This document shows, in pieces, positions 26,432-39,499 of a DNA stretch of 64,000 nucleotides. The translations under genes were made by a program, and so were the position numbers. The notes under the pieces were generated by a model that saw only the letters and a program-made list of their open reading frames with translations, made no database searches and was not told the origin of the DNA. Source of the DNA: Geosiphon pyriformis uo1 (Eukaryota; Fungi; Glomeromycota); contig JAAOMT010000519.1 in assembly GCA_016748015.1 (NCBI GenBank), positions 202,046 to 266,045 of the forward strand. Direction: 5' to 3'. Each line of letters starts with the position of its first letter. Position 1 is the stretch's first letter.

Positions 26432-27558
26432 TTATTCCAACATATCCGGATTTTCAGCAACTATCATCTCATACATGGGCTGGAAATTTAGCCACCCTAA
26501 TGTTCATTTCAAAAATAATGTTATTACACGAACAAAGTAATTTGATTTTTTAACAAAATATTTCTCAATCAAACCTGCAAAAGGAGAACCTATAAACTCC
26601 CCAGTTGATTTTGCACAATCATGAGGAATTTTGATGGGCTGCTCATTTTTTCCTCTTCCAGCACAGGCAGCATCGGCGAGTAATTGGCCTTGACAAGCAC
26701 GTTCCAAGGCAATAAACCAATATGCTGCCGCATCAATAGTTTGGCCGACAGTAAACAGACCATGATTTTGAAGAATTATGGCTTTTTTGGTGCCAAGTGC
26801 GTTTGCAACGCGAACTCCCTCGCTACTGTCAAGTACAACGCCGTTGAAGTCATTGAAAACTACGTGATCATCGTAAAACACACACGAATCCTGGGTGATT
26901 GGATCTAGCTGACGACCAAGAGATGAAAAGGCACGACCATGAACTGTATGACTAAAAAATATTTGCTTTAAAAAACTTATCAAATATAAGATCCAAGATT
27001 TTTATTTTGTAATACCAATGACATGCGGCCACAATATCCGGTCTCGCTTCATGAATTTCAACATGGACTGAAATTGCGGTGCGGTTAATCAAACTATTGA
27101 TTCCACGGTCTTCTGACAATAATTTTCCTTCATGATTCACAAGAATTAAATCGGAAACTTTGATTTGTGAAAAGTGTTTGCCAAATGGATTTAGCCTTAA
27201 CAAGAAATAATAAAGAAGAGCATAAGAAGTTTTTCAAATATAAACGTTTGATACTCTATTCAAAAAAAAACACCCCCACCAAAACTGATCATGAAATTCT
27301 GGATCACGGCAGGAGATATGCCCAGCAAATCCTAATATTAAAAAAGGAAGGATCAAATTACTGATAAAGCCAATAAACAGTCATGAACAAAGATATTTTA
27401 AGTTCCGGTTTCTCTTTTTTACCTTCATCATAACCAAACTTTCCAAAGAGTCGAAAAGCCGCGGCTAAGCGCTTCTTCCTATCCTGCCTTTCTTCTTCGA
27501 ACGTCTCAAATTTTGGAATGCCAAGGTTGGCATTCATGCACATATATTCAATATTCAT
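26432..27558 (-). CDS. Class II aldolase/adducin-head family protein (fungal mug14/NovR-like subgroup), 5 exons, ~269 aa
   Basis: Exons 27558-27423, 27331-27280, 27195-27016, 26951-26575, 26496-26432 (810 nt, in frame). Family motifs [48 protein letters not shown]; Zn ligands ACHCHTVHG and ILQNHGL; ends GWLNFQPMYEMI. Confidence 0.92.
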
Positions 27559-28130
27559 TTCACTTTTTTTTGTACCTTTAATTTTTCAAAGAGTCATTCG
27601 GAAGAAATAAAACATCCACGCAAAAAGGATGAAAATAATACGTTATATTTGTTTCACAATTTAAGTCATGCAGAATTGCTGAATGACCAAATAAAATGAT
27701 TGGTTCTTATTACAGTTTTGGGAAAGAATAAACATGCAGAAAATCTTTATAGTTAAAAGAATAGATGGAGAAATTTTCATTTTAGAACTGTCATTATTAC
27801 ACTTAAAGAACAATTCAATTGACTCATATCATTAAATAAAGTTGACAAGACTCAGTTGATTGATTTCTTTTCAGGCTGAGGTAACGAGAGAAAAAATGGA
27901 GTTACCCACCTTAGAATTTAAATTCAATAACAATTCTTAAGCATCAATTTTTTATTGTTTTATTTCAAATAAAAGTTTGATCCTTTGGTTTGCAAATTTG
28001 GGGAATATCTTATAGAATTTTAGCCTTTCAACATCAAAATCAATTTCTCTACTCTAAATTTTCTGCTGAGAGAATGATGCCAAACCAAGTACGATTGAGA
28101 AAATTTTAAAATTTAAATATGGAGGATTTA

Positions 28131-29854
28131 TTAATTTTTTGATATATGAATAACTTTTTCATCGTCAATTTTCAATTCTTGTTCGTTATTTCCATTTTTA
28201 AGCCCTTCCCGAGCTACCTGTTGATTAAAATTGACATCTTTGGCTTCTCTCCCTAATGCTGTCACGATAATAATCAAAACTGTGCTAATTCCAAGTATTA
28301 CGGCTTGGACCACGGCATAATTAGGTGTTCCATCAGGAAGTGCGAATTTTTCTGCAAATGTAGCCTCAACTTCAGCTGAATAAGCACCAACAAGGGATCC
28401 ACTTTGAAAGACGAAACTTACAAATAAACTCCTTATTGAGGGTGGGGCGATTTCGGTCAGATGTGCGGGTATCACTCCCCAATATCCCTTTTAAGATTTT
28501 TTTTAAAATGAAGGAAATTCAGAAATCATGGCCTAAACGGTTGATTATTACCTGTAATAAAAATCCCAAGATAAATACGCCAAAACATATTACGAAGATA
28601 TTCTTTGTTAGCGAAATGAGTGGAATGCAGCAACCACTAAAGAAAGCGGCAATTATGATGGTTCGTCGTCTTCCCCAATATTGTGAAATATGTCCGCATA
28701 TAGTTCCACCAAGTATCGCACCCACGGATCCAAAAGACATTATCGTAAATATTTGTCCAGGATTAAATCCAAGTTGTGTTTTCAAATAAGTAGGAAATAA
28801 ATCCGATATACCTAAAAATATATATTGATTCGTGGAATCAAAAGGTTCATCTAATATTCTTTTTATATATTAATACATGTATATTGTGGTCACATTTACT
28901 TACCACGAGGCAAGCTTAAAACACTCAAGAAAATGATCCCATACAAGAGAATGACCCAATGATTTACCAAACAGTTTTTGACTTCCCATGACCATTGTTT
29001 TTTATTAGAGTTTCTTTCATCACGTTGCTGACGCCACACTTCGGATTCAGGGACCCAAAAACGGATGATAATAACAAGGAAAGCTGGGAATGAGGCAATC
29101 CAAAACAATGGACGCCACCCTAAACGATCAATGCCAACATAATAAAGTCCCGCGGCAAGCAAACCTCCAAAAGCATTTCCATGTTGTAAAATCCCAGAAA
29201 AAAAACTACTTTGACAATTCATAAAAATAAGGTTTTAAAACAAAAATTAAAATATTTGAAGAACCTCATACCCTCGACTTTCTAGGGGCAAAGCTTCCAT
29301 GGCTAAAGTCGCCCCTAGTCCCCATTCACCACCAATCATAATTCCAAAAAGTGCACGTAGAGCTAAGAAAACACGATAATTAGGTGCAAATCCTGAAGCA
29401 AGCTCTAAAAGGCTGAATAATAGCACATTAATCATCAAGGGATATCTTCTCCCATATCTTTCTGCTGCTAAACCAAAAATGAAGGCTCCAACTGGACGAA
29501 GTATGAGAGTAATAGTAATACTAAAATTATTTCCAAAATTAGATTCGAATCATGTAAAGTTTTTTTTAGTGAATATCTACCCAGTATACCTTGAAGCAAT
29601 CACTGATGTTTTTAAATTGAATTCTTGCGCAATATATGGTAGCGTGTATGTGAAAATAGAAAAATCAAAGGCATCCAGCATCCATCCACTCCATGCACAT
29701 AAGAATGTAATAGCTGATACAAATTTGAACAAAGGGTGAGTTTTTGTTGGCTTATCCCTTAAATAAAAGAAGTTAATGAACTTCAAAAATTTAATAAAAT
29801 TATACCTTGATCTTTGTTCAAGGAAGAAATTAATTTCCAAGGATTTTTGGTCAT
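28131..29854 (-). CDS. MFS carboxylate/sialate:H+ symporter family transporter (JEN1/NanT-like), multi-exon
   Basis: Spliced pieces give MTKNPWKLISSLNKDQ, AWSGWMLDAFDF, LRPVGAFIFGLAAERYGRRYPL, RALFGIMIGGEWGLGATLAMEALP..RG, GWRPLFWI, VPES, SQYWGRRRTI, WGVIPAHLTEIAPPSIRS. The 5' end is uncertain: an in-frame acceptor near 29909 suggests an extra upstream exon. Confidence 0.88.
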
Positions 29855-30592
29855 TTTGTTTTTCTTGGAAATGATGATAGTTTCTTCGTTAATCGAATCA
29901 TTTTTTTCCTAGCGTGTGATTAGTACATAAAAATGAACCCATCTGAAAATTAAATTGAAAATAAAGATTCTGGAACTTTAAACTACATAATTTTTCAACT
30001 TCTCTGGCATAATATAATTTGGTTAAAGTTTCAAAGTTTCATTTATTTTAAAAAAATTAAACTTTATTCAATTCTTTCTGATTATCAATTGCTGATTAAT
30101 TAAAAGTTATTCCATGATTTTCATTTTAATCTCCAATCGTAAGATCATCTAACCAAAAAGTTATCAATTGTCTCAATATTCTTCCGATTTGTGACACAAG
30201 AAACAAGAGTCTTTGTTGTCTTTACCTTATTTCGAATAACACAGCTACAGCTGAATATCTACAGGTGAAAAGAATTAGATTCTAATACGTAGTTATCAAA
30301 GCTCATATTTTTGTAATTCAAAATGAACCGAAAAAAAGTTATTGATAAAGCCAGTGTTAGTAACTCTATATTTTGAGGATGAATTTTCAAACTAGAGTTT
30401 TGATTGAATAAAAGAAGCATACGATCAAAAACTTCGAGGTGCTGATTGAAAATTTTCTTAAGATTGTGTAATTTGCACACCGAAAACGTTTAGTGCTGAG
30501 ATTTTTAACTGATAACTTTTTTTATCAAAATAACGGAATATGAGGAATAGCTATGTTTTTCGCTAATTAGGTGGGCATCTATCGCTTCAAAG

Positions 30593-31686
30593 TTAGAATA
30601 CGAATCTTCTGTCTCTAATGAACGCTTGTTGCCATGTCCTTCGACTTTCTTCTTCCTGCTTCTTTCGGAGGGCAACTTCATCATACTCTAAAAAGAATTT
30701 TTTCTTAAAGTTCTGCCAACATCTCTGAGTTAATGGTCTTAAATTCTCGGAGCAGGATTTTTTGAAACAAGAGCAATCCAGAATAATAGATTCCTCATAT
30801 TTCTCGAACACATTATGGTTGAATTGGGTATTAATTTCCTCTTTAATTTTAGTCATGATCAAATTACTCCGATCTGCATATCTTCTCTGATATTCCTCGT
30901 GTTTCCTTGCACGTTCTTTTCTTTCTTCTTCCTGCCTTTGACAAACATCTTCGTTTAGCTTGAGCAAAATCTTTGTTTTTTGATTAACCCAAACCCATTT
31001 TTCATTTTCGGCGATGGCTCGATATTCTTTCGCATATTCTTCAACTTGTGATCTCCAATAAACGTTTTGAGGACCTTTCTTTACGCTTGGGACAAGGGAA
31101 ATGACGCTATTGTAGATTTCTGAGGCTGCCAATATATCCGTTTCGCTTTTTTAGCCAATCATATAATCAAAAGAAAATGATAAATATTAATTTAAACGGT
31201 GCTAATCGGATAAGATTATACTTCATTATCAAAAGCTCACCTTATAGTAAGATTTTCTAGACAAGATTGACAACATCTAATCTGAAACTCCCAATAAATC
31301 TTTCGAATTTTGGGAGCTCCACAAACTTGGCAACCTTTTTCAATAGCCAAACGACAATATTTTAGCTCGGTCATCCCTTCTGGTGGCGGTAGTTGAAGGA
31401 ACCTTATATGCGTTAAACGGGATTTTTGCCAGATATATTGAGAAGTGGTTGATTTCGGGTTACAAAGATATTCTTGAAATAACCTGCAAGTTTTAGCGAG
31501 AGATAAAAGATCTTTTGGAGGCAAATCCTTACATATATTGATAAAAATTTCTGGTGGGATTGTTATAATAGGGGAGAATTCATGCAGGAAAGATAGGGGC
31601 TCATCATTTTTAGGTGCAAAAGAAGTTGCTTTAGAAAAATGAGACTCAGCTGCTATCTTTTGGGTTTTTTCAACGGTGCTAAACAT
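30593..31686 (-). CDS. F-box protein with Cys-rich (CxxC..CxxC) region and coiled coil
   Basis: Exons 31686-31241 and 31145-30593 (999 nt, in frame). F-box IPPEIFINICKDLPPKDLLSLAKTCRLFQEYL; IWQKSR..LPPPEGMTE..GCQVC..IYWEFQIRCCQSC; E/R/K-rich helix. Confidence 0.85.
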
Positions 31687-34600
31687 TTTTCTAGAAGATA
31701 TACAAATTAATAGAAAAAGGAGAGTTCAAGGATTTTGTATCGAGGAATGAGAAGATGTATAAAAAAATAAGGAATATTATTATTGTGTGAAACAAGTACA
31801 AAAAAGCCAAAGCAGAGTCGAGTTTTTCAAATAAATTATATCCCCAATTTCTAGCAGATTTTGATAAGTAGTGCTTTTTGATTTCTTCGAAGACAAAAAT
31901 ACGACTTCTAGTGAATTTAGACTATAATTTTTTTTTATTTTGTGGTCTTTAAATGGCTTCTGTGTTTTTGATAAAAAATATGATTCAATAAAATCACCCC
32001 TTGAGCTTGCATCACTTTAATAAAGGAAGCCTCAAAGTTATAAGGTCTTATTGTAAAGTCTGATAAAACATCCTGCTTGATGCATTTTTAGTAACAGAAT
32101 GTCATTGCTTTTTTGGTTATTTGAGGATTGCCCTAGTATACGTCAACACAAGCGAAAATGAACTTACCGGTTGAAACTTTCCAATGACCTTGGGAAATCG
32201 ACTCTGAACTTGCTAATATTTGTCCAAGTTACAATAATTAAAATATCTTTTGGGTAGGACTACGTAAAGCTGAAATAACTCATATAGTTCTTTTTGAGCT
32301 ATTAATGCTAAGGCAACACGTTTGTAGAAAAGCAATTTGCAGCCTTAAATATTTGTTCAGTTTTAATATCATAAGTCGAAGCCTCATAGAATGTTATGCT
32401 AGAAATCTTTAGATTTTGAGATGCATGCGCCAAGACCTGGAATGATCAAATCTTTCAAGTATTAGAACTTGAAGATCTTTATAGTAGTACTAAAACCCGT
32501 GGCAAGTTAAACACCCATAATAGAATGATAATTTGAAATTCTTGCTTTTGTTTATAGAAGGCGAAAAAGTACCTTTTCCATTTTCAATCGAATCGACTTT
32601 TCTAAACACTATAGGGCCAATAACTATTTAACGATGTTTAAAAATTATAATTATGACCTTGGACGTTTCAAATTTCAAGTTATTATTTATATTCAAATTC
32701 TTACCACAGCTATTAAAAATTTCACAAACCTAGTGCCACGAATTTTCCTCTAAAAAAGATTTGGAACATTTTATTTTAAAATGTATAGCAGAACTGTTGT
32801 AAAGGTTATCCATTTTAAAAGTGATCAGGGTGCTTTATATGGAATCATTAAAACTAACGCTATTTTTTCTTTAATAGTAAATGTAAAAAAATTATATCTT
32901 TTTTATGGTCGGAATTGAATTAAAACTACGTTACAAGTAATAATACTAAAATTTTGTTAATTAATTCCGCTGTCGAAAGGTTTATAATTATAAGAGTTGA
33001 GGTTTACACTAATGAAATCTATTTGTCTACCCTTCTCGACTTTTAATTTTTCTGTTTGAGTAAGAACAATTTTTATAAGTATAATGAGGGCCGTGCGGTG
33101 ATGGATAGGGATATTTTTGAGCTTTGCTTGATGGGCTGTTTGTATGTAATAGGCCTACTGTATGCACGCATTGATTGATTCAATTCATTCGAGTGTTTAT
33201 AGCTTGGTTAACGAATCTGAGGAAAATGGCGTACAAACATGAAATGCAGTACGTAATTTGAGGCAAAATCATTTTCGAAATCTAGCTTCTTTTACATTTT
33301 GCATGTCATGCTTAACATTTTGCGTGGCAAAAGACGAGAATTCAAAGATTTTTTCTTTTTAGTCTTGAGCTTTGATAAACGAGGACTTCACCGAAAAAGC
33401 ATTTATTGTACCCTTTATATCCAAAAGTCTTCAATAGAATTGCAAGCGGTATAATTCCCGTTAGATTTTATGATAGCATTTAATTATATACACAAACAAA
33501 GATAATACAGTATTTACAAAAACGAAAAGGGTGGAGAATTCTGTCTAAATTATGTAGCACAAATATTACGGTATATTACAAAAGGAAACGAATTTTGTTT
33601 TTGAACGAAAATTTAGGTTGAGAATTGCGGCGCCGCATTCAAATCCTTTTCGAAACGGTTCGTAAATTTTTGCGAAAGTCTATTTTTAGGATATCAAAAA
33701 TAATTAAATTACCAATTTTGAGTAAAAATCTTTTGTCAAACCTTAAACCCAAAATTACTTGAAGTTCAAGCTGGCGAGATTACTGGTAAATCGATTTCAA
33801 AGTCTTGACTACTCGATATTTTAAGATTTCAAGTTATGGCAAGCTTTGTTTTGTATTGGCTTGAAGAAGCAGGATCCATTATAGGCGATGATCCAGCGAT
33901 GGATCACTAGATAAAAAATGTTGACAGAAGAAATAGGTCGAACGGTAAAAAAGGTATTAACGAAAAGGGATCGAACACACAAGTTTCAAAAGCTTAGAGA
34001 GTTTGAAGTTCATAATTATTATTTTTTTAGCATATTCAAATCATTGCTCTAATTTTGAGCATTTGAGCTTAATAAAAGAATTCGAATCATATTTTTTTGA
34101 GAAATTAATCAATGCTAACAAGTGACCGGCGCATAGAAATCCATTCAAGAGATCAAATTCAAATTTATATAAAAACAGGGAGGATCATATGAGCAAAAGG
34201 ATCAATAAGAAAAATGATTTAAATTACCAAAAGAATTTGGCGGAAAATTTTGCCGTTGAGAAAAAAAATTCATTGTGCAGAATAAACTATTTGCCATTGT
34301 GAAAAAAATTTCGCTCAAGTAAATTGACGCCCATTCTTTAATGATTTTGTAATACTACCAGTTAAAAGTCAAAATGTTTGAACGTGCATAAAAAGAGCCT
34401 CCTGTTAGCCACGTTTTCTGTGCAAAAATCTTCCTGCACACTTATACAGTCAGTCCCTTTTTTTACTATTTTTGCATACATATGGCTTTTAGCGAAAAAA
34501 AAATTATATCGTCTAGCCACTTGGATGCCACAGATGTCATACCGCAGCCATTTAACTTAATCACATGAAAATTGAGGAAATTTTGACCCTGCAAATTGGC

Positions 34601-35097
34601 GATATCATTTTTGAAAAGTCTTGGGCGTACGTTAGGCGGATGTGATCTGTTTTTCCCTTACATTTTAGGCCATTGAAGAAAGGGCTTATATCATATCCGG
34701 ATATATTTCGTTGAAAGACCCCTATTTCCTTTAAATGGGAAAATGTATCTGGATTGATAAGAAATAGGTGTTAATCGTCTACTTGTTCGATAATTGATCA
34801 TTGATTTTGATTCCACAGCATTATTCATATTGTTCTTGGAATATAAACAGATTTACGGACAATATAAAAATTAGTTCGGATTGAAAATTTTATTTAAATT
34901 TTTAATGATTTGCAAAATACTTGGATTTTCTTTTTCCCAGTAGAAAACTTGCGTTAGAATTCTTCTTGATCATGAGATTTGCGAAGAAAGATACAAAATT
35001 TGAAATTGTTTTATCCAAAAAAAAAAATTAATATTAAGTCACACTTAATATTAATTTTTATATTAAAATACTGCAACATCTTCATTCATTTCCCAAA

Positions 35098-35122
35098 CCC
35101 CCCCACCCCCACCCCCACCCCC
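35098..35122 (-). other. G-quadruplex-forming motif (G5 T G5 T G5 T G7 on the minus strand)
   Basis: The plus strand reads cccccccacccccacccccaccccc. Confidence 0.7.
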
Positions 35123-37301
35123 TAAACATAAACTCATGCACGGTTTAATAATCTATATTGATATGTGGTGAGAAAAAATTAGATGCTCCTTTATTTTACA
35201 TGATGATATATTAGAAACAATAGTTTTGTTGAAATTTTTTTTTTTTTTTAAATCTTTTAGGTCTTTAAGAAACTTCAAGAAATAATAATTTTTTAGTTGA
35301 ATAATATTCAAAGTGTTACATGAAAAGGATATTGCTGAAGTTTGAGAATATCAATTTAAAAGCTTAAAAAAATTCAATTCGCTTAAATAAAATTTTTAAA
35401 ACTCGATTTTATGAAGGGAATTTCATTTTATATTTTTGAAATTTTTTGTGACACGTTTTTATAGCAACAAATTTAATTTCAGCTTCAAAAAATAAGTATC
35501 AAAAATCGAATTTTATATATATTTTAAAATTTTAAAAAGGAAACAAAATTATAAAAAAATTTTATAAAAAATTAACCTCGTCCAGTAGTTAATTATTAAC
35601 GAAAAAGGCTTACAATCTAAACTAATACCACGACTTTCATTTTCAGATTAAGAAAAAGATAAAAAGTAATTCCCTTAATAAATATAATAAAATTAAAAAA
35701 TTTCCGTCTCAAAAGCTCCCGAAAATGTAGCAAAAAGTTTTGACCACAAAGATTTTAGGGGATTATTTTACGAAATAAGGAAATAATAATATTAAAATAT
35801 ATTTTATAAATTAATTTAAAAATTTCTCAAATTTTAAATAATTTCTAATTTTAACTAATAACTAAATCATGCAATATTTAATTCGAAAATGAGCTGATTT
35901 AATATTTGTTTCAAATGACTTTCACTGCATCAAACCAATTGCAAATTGAAAGCTATTTTCAATTTCTAAATTTTTTTTAAACCACTAAATTTTCATATAA
36001 TATCAAAAACTTATGCATAAGATTCATAAGAATTCGAAAGTTACAGAATGCTTGATGATTTCTTCTCTTTTAAAATAATAACCTTGTTGTTATTTTCTCT
36101 CAAAATTTGTTAACTGGAGAGTTTATTAGTAAAATCTTAGAATCATTCTGAAATACACAAAGTAGAGTTAAACCTGAGAAATTTTTATTCACCTAAATTT
36201 ATCCAACTTTAGACAAATAATGGTGTGGTCAATTTTAATTATTGGCTTTAGATTTTTCTAATTTTATTTGTCCAATATTCTGTTCTTTTCTTGATAAATT
36301 TTAAAATCGAAAAAGGTTTTCTCTCAAAAGGTTTATCATGAAATTTTTTTCCCCAGAAAAAGGTATCTTTGAAAATCACTTTTAACAATTGTCTTGAATT
36401 ATTATTTCTCAAAAAATATTCGACACACAAAAGTAGTACAAGACAAAGATGAAATCCAAGAATATTTCTTGAAAATTTTAATTGAGAATTCAAGCAATTT
36501 TTATGATTCTCTAATAACTGGTCCAAATACTGCTACAAATTTATTTTCTTTATTATTAAATTTCGATCTTTACATAAATTTACGATTTGCATAAATGATG
36601 ACAAATTAAATAAGAGCTTGTGCCTCAAAAGTGAAAGACACAGATCTTATACAAATGCAACCCAAAAATTGGTAGAATTTCTATGCTTAAATTACTAGTT
36701 TTTAGCAAATTTTAATAGAAAAAACGTCATTGAAGTTCTTGTACGTTTTTTATTTTGATCCAAATTTTATATGACAACCCCAGCCCTTGGATTTTCAAAT
36801 AGTATTTCCATTTTAAACTATAAATAGAATCTAGAATAATGAGCCAATAAATGAAAGCTCAAATGGATGCTGAACACCGAGAGATTTTTCTCATTGGAAG
36901 TTCCGAAAATTAAAGAGCTTAGATAGTTTTACTTTTTATGTAATATTTAATGCGGAGTTAATTTGCTCGGATTTTTTAAAGTTAAAAGACCGCGAAACGA
37001 AAATAAGTATAAAGCGAAGTAACTCACGCGTTCTGTCAAAAAAACAAAAACAAAATTTTTTTCAAGCTTTAATTTCCAGAGCGGTTTCTTTTAGCATAAA
37101 TTTTTGACGGGTTTTCAAATCCCTATCATATTATATTGTGTTACAAGCCTCATCATTCATCGTTCATCATTCATCATAATAACAACAAAGACGCGTCATT
37201 TTTTTGGCATCATTCCTTAAAAAAGATCAAAATAAACCTAAAAAACGCTTTATAAAATACAAAGCGCTAACTCTATTTTCTATCCCGCCTATTGAAGGAC
37301 T

Positions 37302-39275
37302 ATGACCACTACACTCAACCAACCTTTGTTCAAATCTTATAGCTCCACTAGCTTCTCAAAAGCTGAAAATCATCATCCTAATAGTAATACCAGACTATAT
37401 CCCAATTTCTTCTCATATCTTTTGTCTTTCGTCCCTTTTCCGTCGTTTCACTCGAAATCTTTTAAAAATTTTCTCTCACCAATGCCAAACATAAGGACTT
37501 ATTCCTTATCAGATCACACTCCCCTCCTATATCCTTTTCAATACCCCTCAAACCCAACAACATATTCTTCAATAATAACTATCTTAAAATGTTCAAGGTT
37601 TAATTATCTATTATTGTTCTTACCGATTGGTTTATTTGCAAAGTCGATGGGATGGTCGGATTCTAAAATCTTTTGGTGTAATTTTTTGGCAATTATACCT
37701 TTAGCTAATTTGTTGGGTTTCAGTAAGTAAACTTTATTAAAGTGTAAATCATCAAATCAACTAGCAATTTCTAAAATAGCTATCTAATAAAAATTTTTTT
37801 TTAATAGTCACTGAAGATATTTCCTTAAGGCTTGGCTCTACAATAGGAGGACTTTTAAATGCAAGTTTTGGAAATGCGGTTGAATTAATTATATCCGTAG
37901 TAGCGTTAAAGAATGGACAGATTAGAGTTGTTCAATGTAAAGAGTTTTCTTTGAATTGCTGTCATTTTTAAAAAAAAATTAATATATATTTTAAAATTAA
38001 TCGCTTCAATATTTCGGAATTTTTTAGCATCTATTCTAGGATCTGTTCTCTCTAATCTTCTTTTGGTTCAAGGATTTTGTTTTTTCCTTGGTGGACTTCG
38101 ATACTCGGAACAAAATTTTAATATTACCGCAGCACAAACATCTGCTTCTCTACTGGCTCTTGCCATGCTCTCATTACTGGTACCTGCGGCGTTCATGTCT
38201 TCAATTGAAAATGAAGATGCTCTTAAATCTGGAATTTTAAATTTGAGTCATGGCACTGCTTTGGTTTTGTTGATTATTTATATCATGTATCTTGTCTTTC
38301 AACTTAAAACTCATTCGCATCTTGTAAGTAATTTGTTATTTATAGAGACTATTTTAATATTTTAAAATAATACTAATAGCTTCGTCTATTCTTCAAAATT
38401 TCTTAGTATGCTGATGACCTTGAGGATAATGAAGAAGTTTCTCAAAGCACTTTACTAGTATCAATCTCAACGTAAGTAATTTTCAAGTTATAAATTTGAG
38501 ATTTATTAAAATAACCTTGACCATATTTTAACCAAATGCTTTCCCAACAGTCTCGTAATAATTACATTACTAGTTGCCATTTCAGCTGATTATTTAGTTG
38601 GAAGTATTGAAGGTCTAGTTGACGATTGGAATATATCAAAAACATTTGTCGGAATTATGCTAATTCCAATTGTTGGAAATGCCGCTGAACAGTATGTATT
38701 CAAATAATTTTAACTTTTCAAATTTTTCGTCACTGGCTAAAGCTAAAGAATATTTTTATCATACATTAGTGTCAGCTCTATTACCTTTGCATTAAAAAAT
38801 AAAATGGATCTTTGTATTGGTATGTCCTTAACAATATTCTAATATCTTTTTTGCTTATTAATTTTAATATTTTAATATTTCTTTTTATTTATTCATTTCT
38901 ATTTTCAAAGGTGTTGCTGTTGGCTCAAGCATGCAAATTGCTCTTGGAATGACGCCACTGCTTGTCATTCTTGGATGGATCCTTGGTGAACCTTTGACCT
39001 TGTTCTTTGACACATTCGAAACTTGTGTTCTTGTAGTTGCCATTTTAATTGTAAACTATCTAATTTCTGACGGAAAATCTAATTGGCTGGAGGGCGCTAT
39101 GCTTCTGGTATGTCCTCAAAACTTTATAAAAATTTTTCTATTCTGATTATACTAGACGGTTTACTAACATCCAAATTCCTCTCTTCAGGCATCTTATTCC
39201 ATAATAGGAATGGCATTTTTCTTTTATCCTGAAAATAATTATGCAAACAGTGTTCCATTCAAAAGCTCTATATAA
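37302..39275 (+). CDS. VCX1: Vacuolar Ca2+/H+ exchanger (CAX family, VCX1-like), multi-exon
   Basis: [38 protein letters not shown] (alpha-1), [31 protein letters not shown] (alpha-2), [26 protein letters not shown]; last exon 39189-39275. The symbol denotes family membership, not proven orthology. Confidence 0.93.
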
Positions 39276-39499
39276 TAAAAGATTCTTTAACAGTAAATTT
39301 TAAATTTAATTTTGTAAATATTTAATACCTATTTTGAATGCTTAGTTGTTCATTTACAAATCCGAATCATTGAACTCTGAAAAATTTTGAGCCTGAAAAT
39401 TTACGTATTCATTCCAAACAAAAATGAAATTTGGATCCAAGTTTTAGCATTTTTGCTATAATATTTCTTTTTTTTGAATAATTCTGAAAGGTGCTGATT

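Noticed and set aside
33080-33910. GC-richer intergenic patches with box C/D-like words and a short GATCCAT/ATGGATC inverted repeat
   Set aside because: No convincing snoRNA/snRNA consensus or extended stem; short matches are expected by chance.
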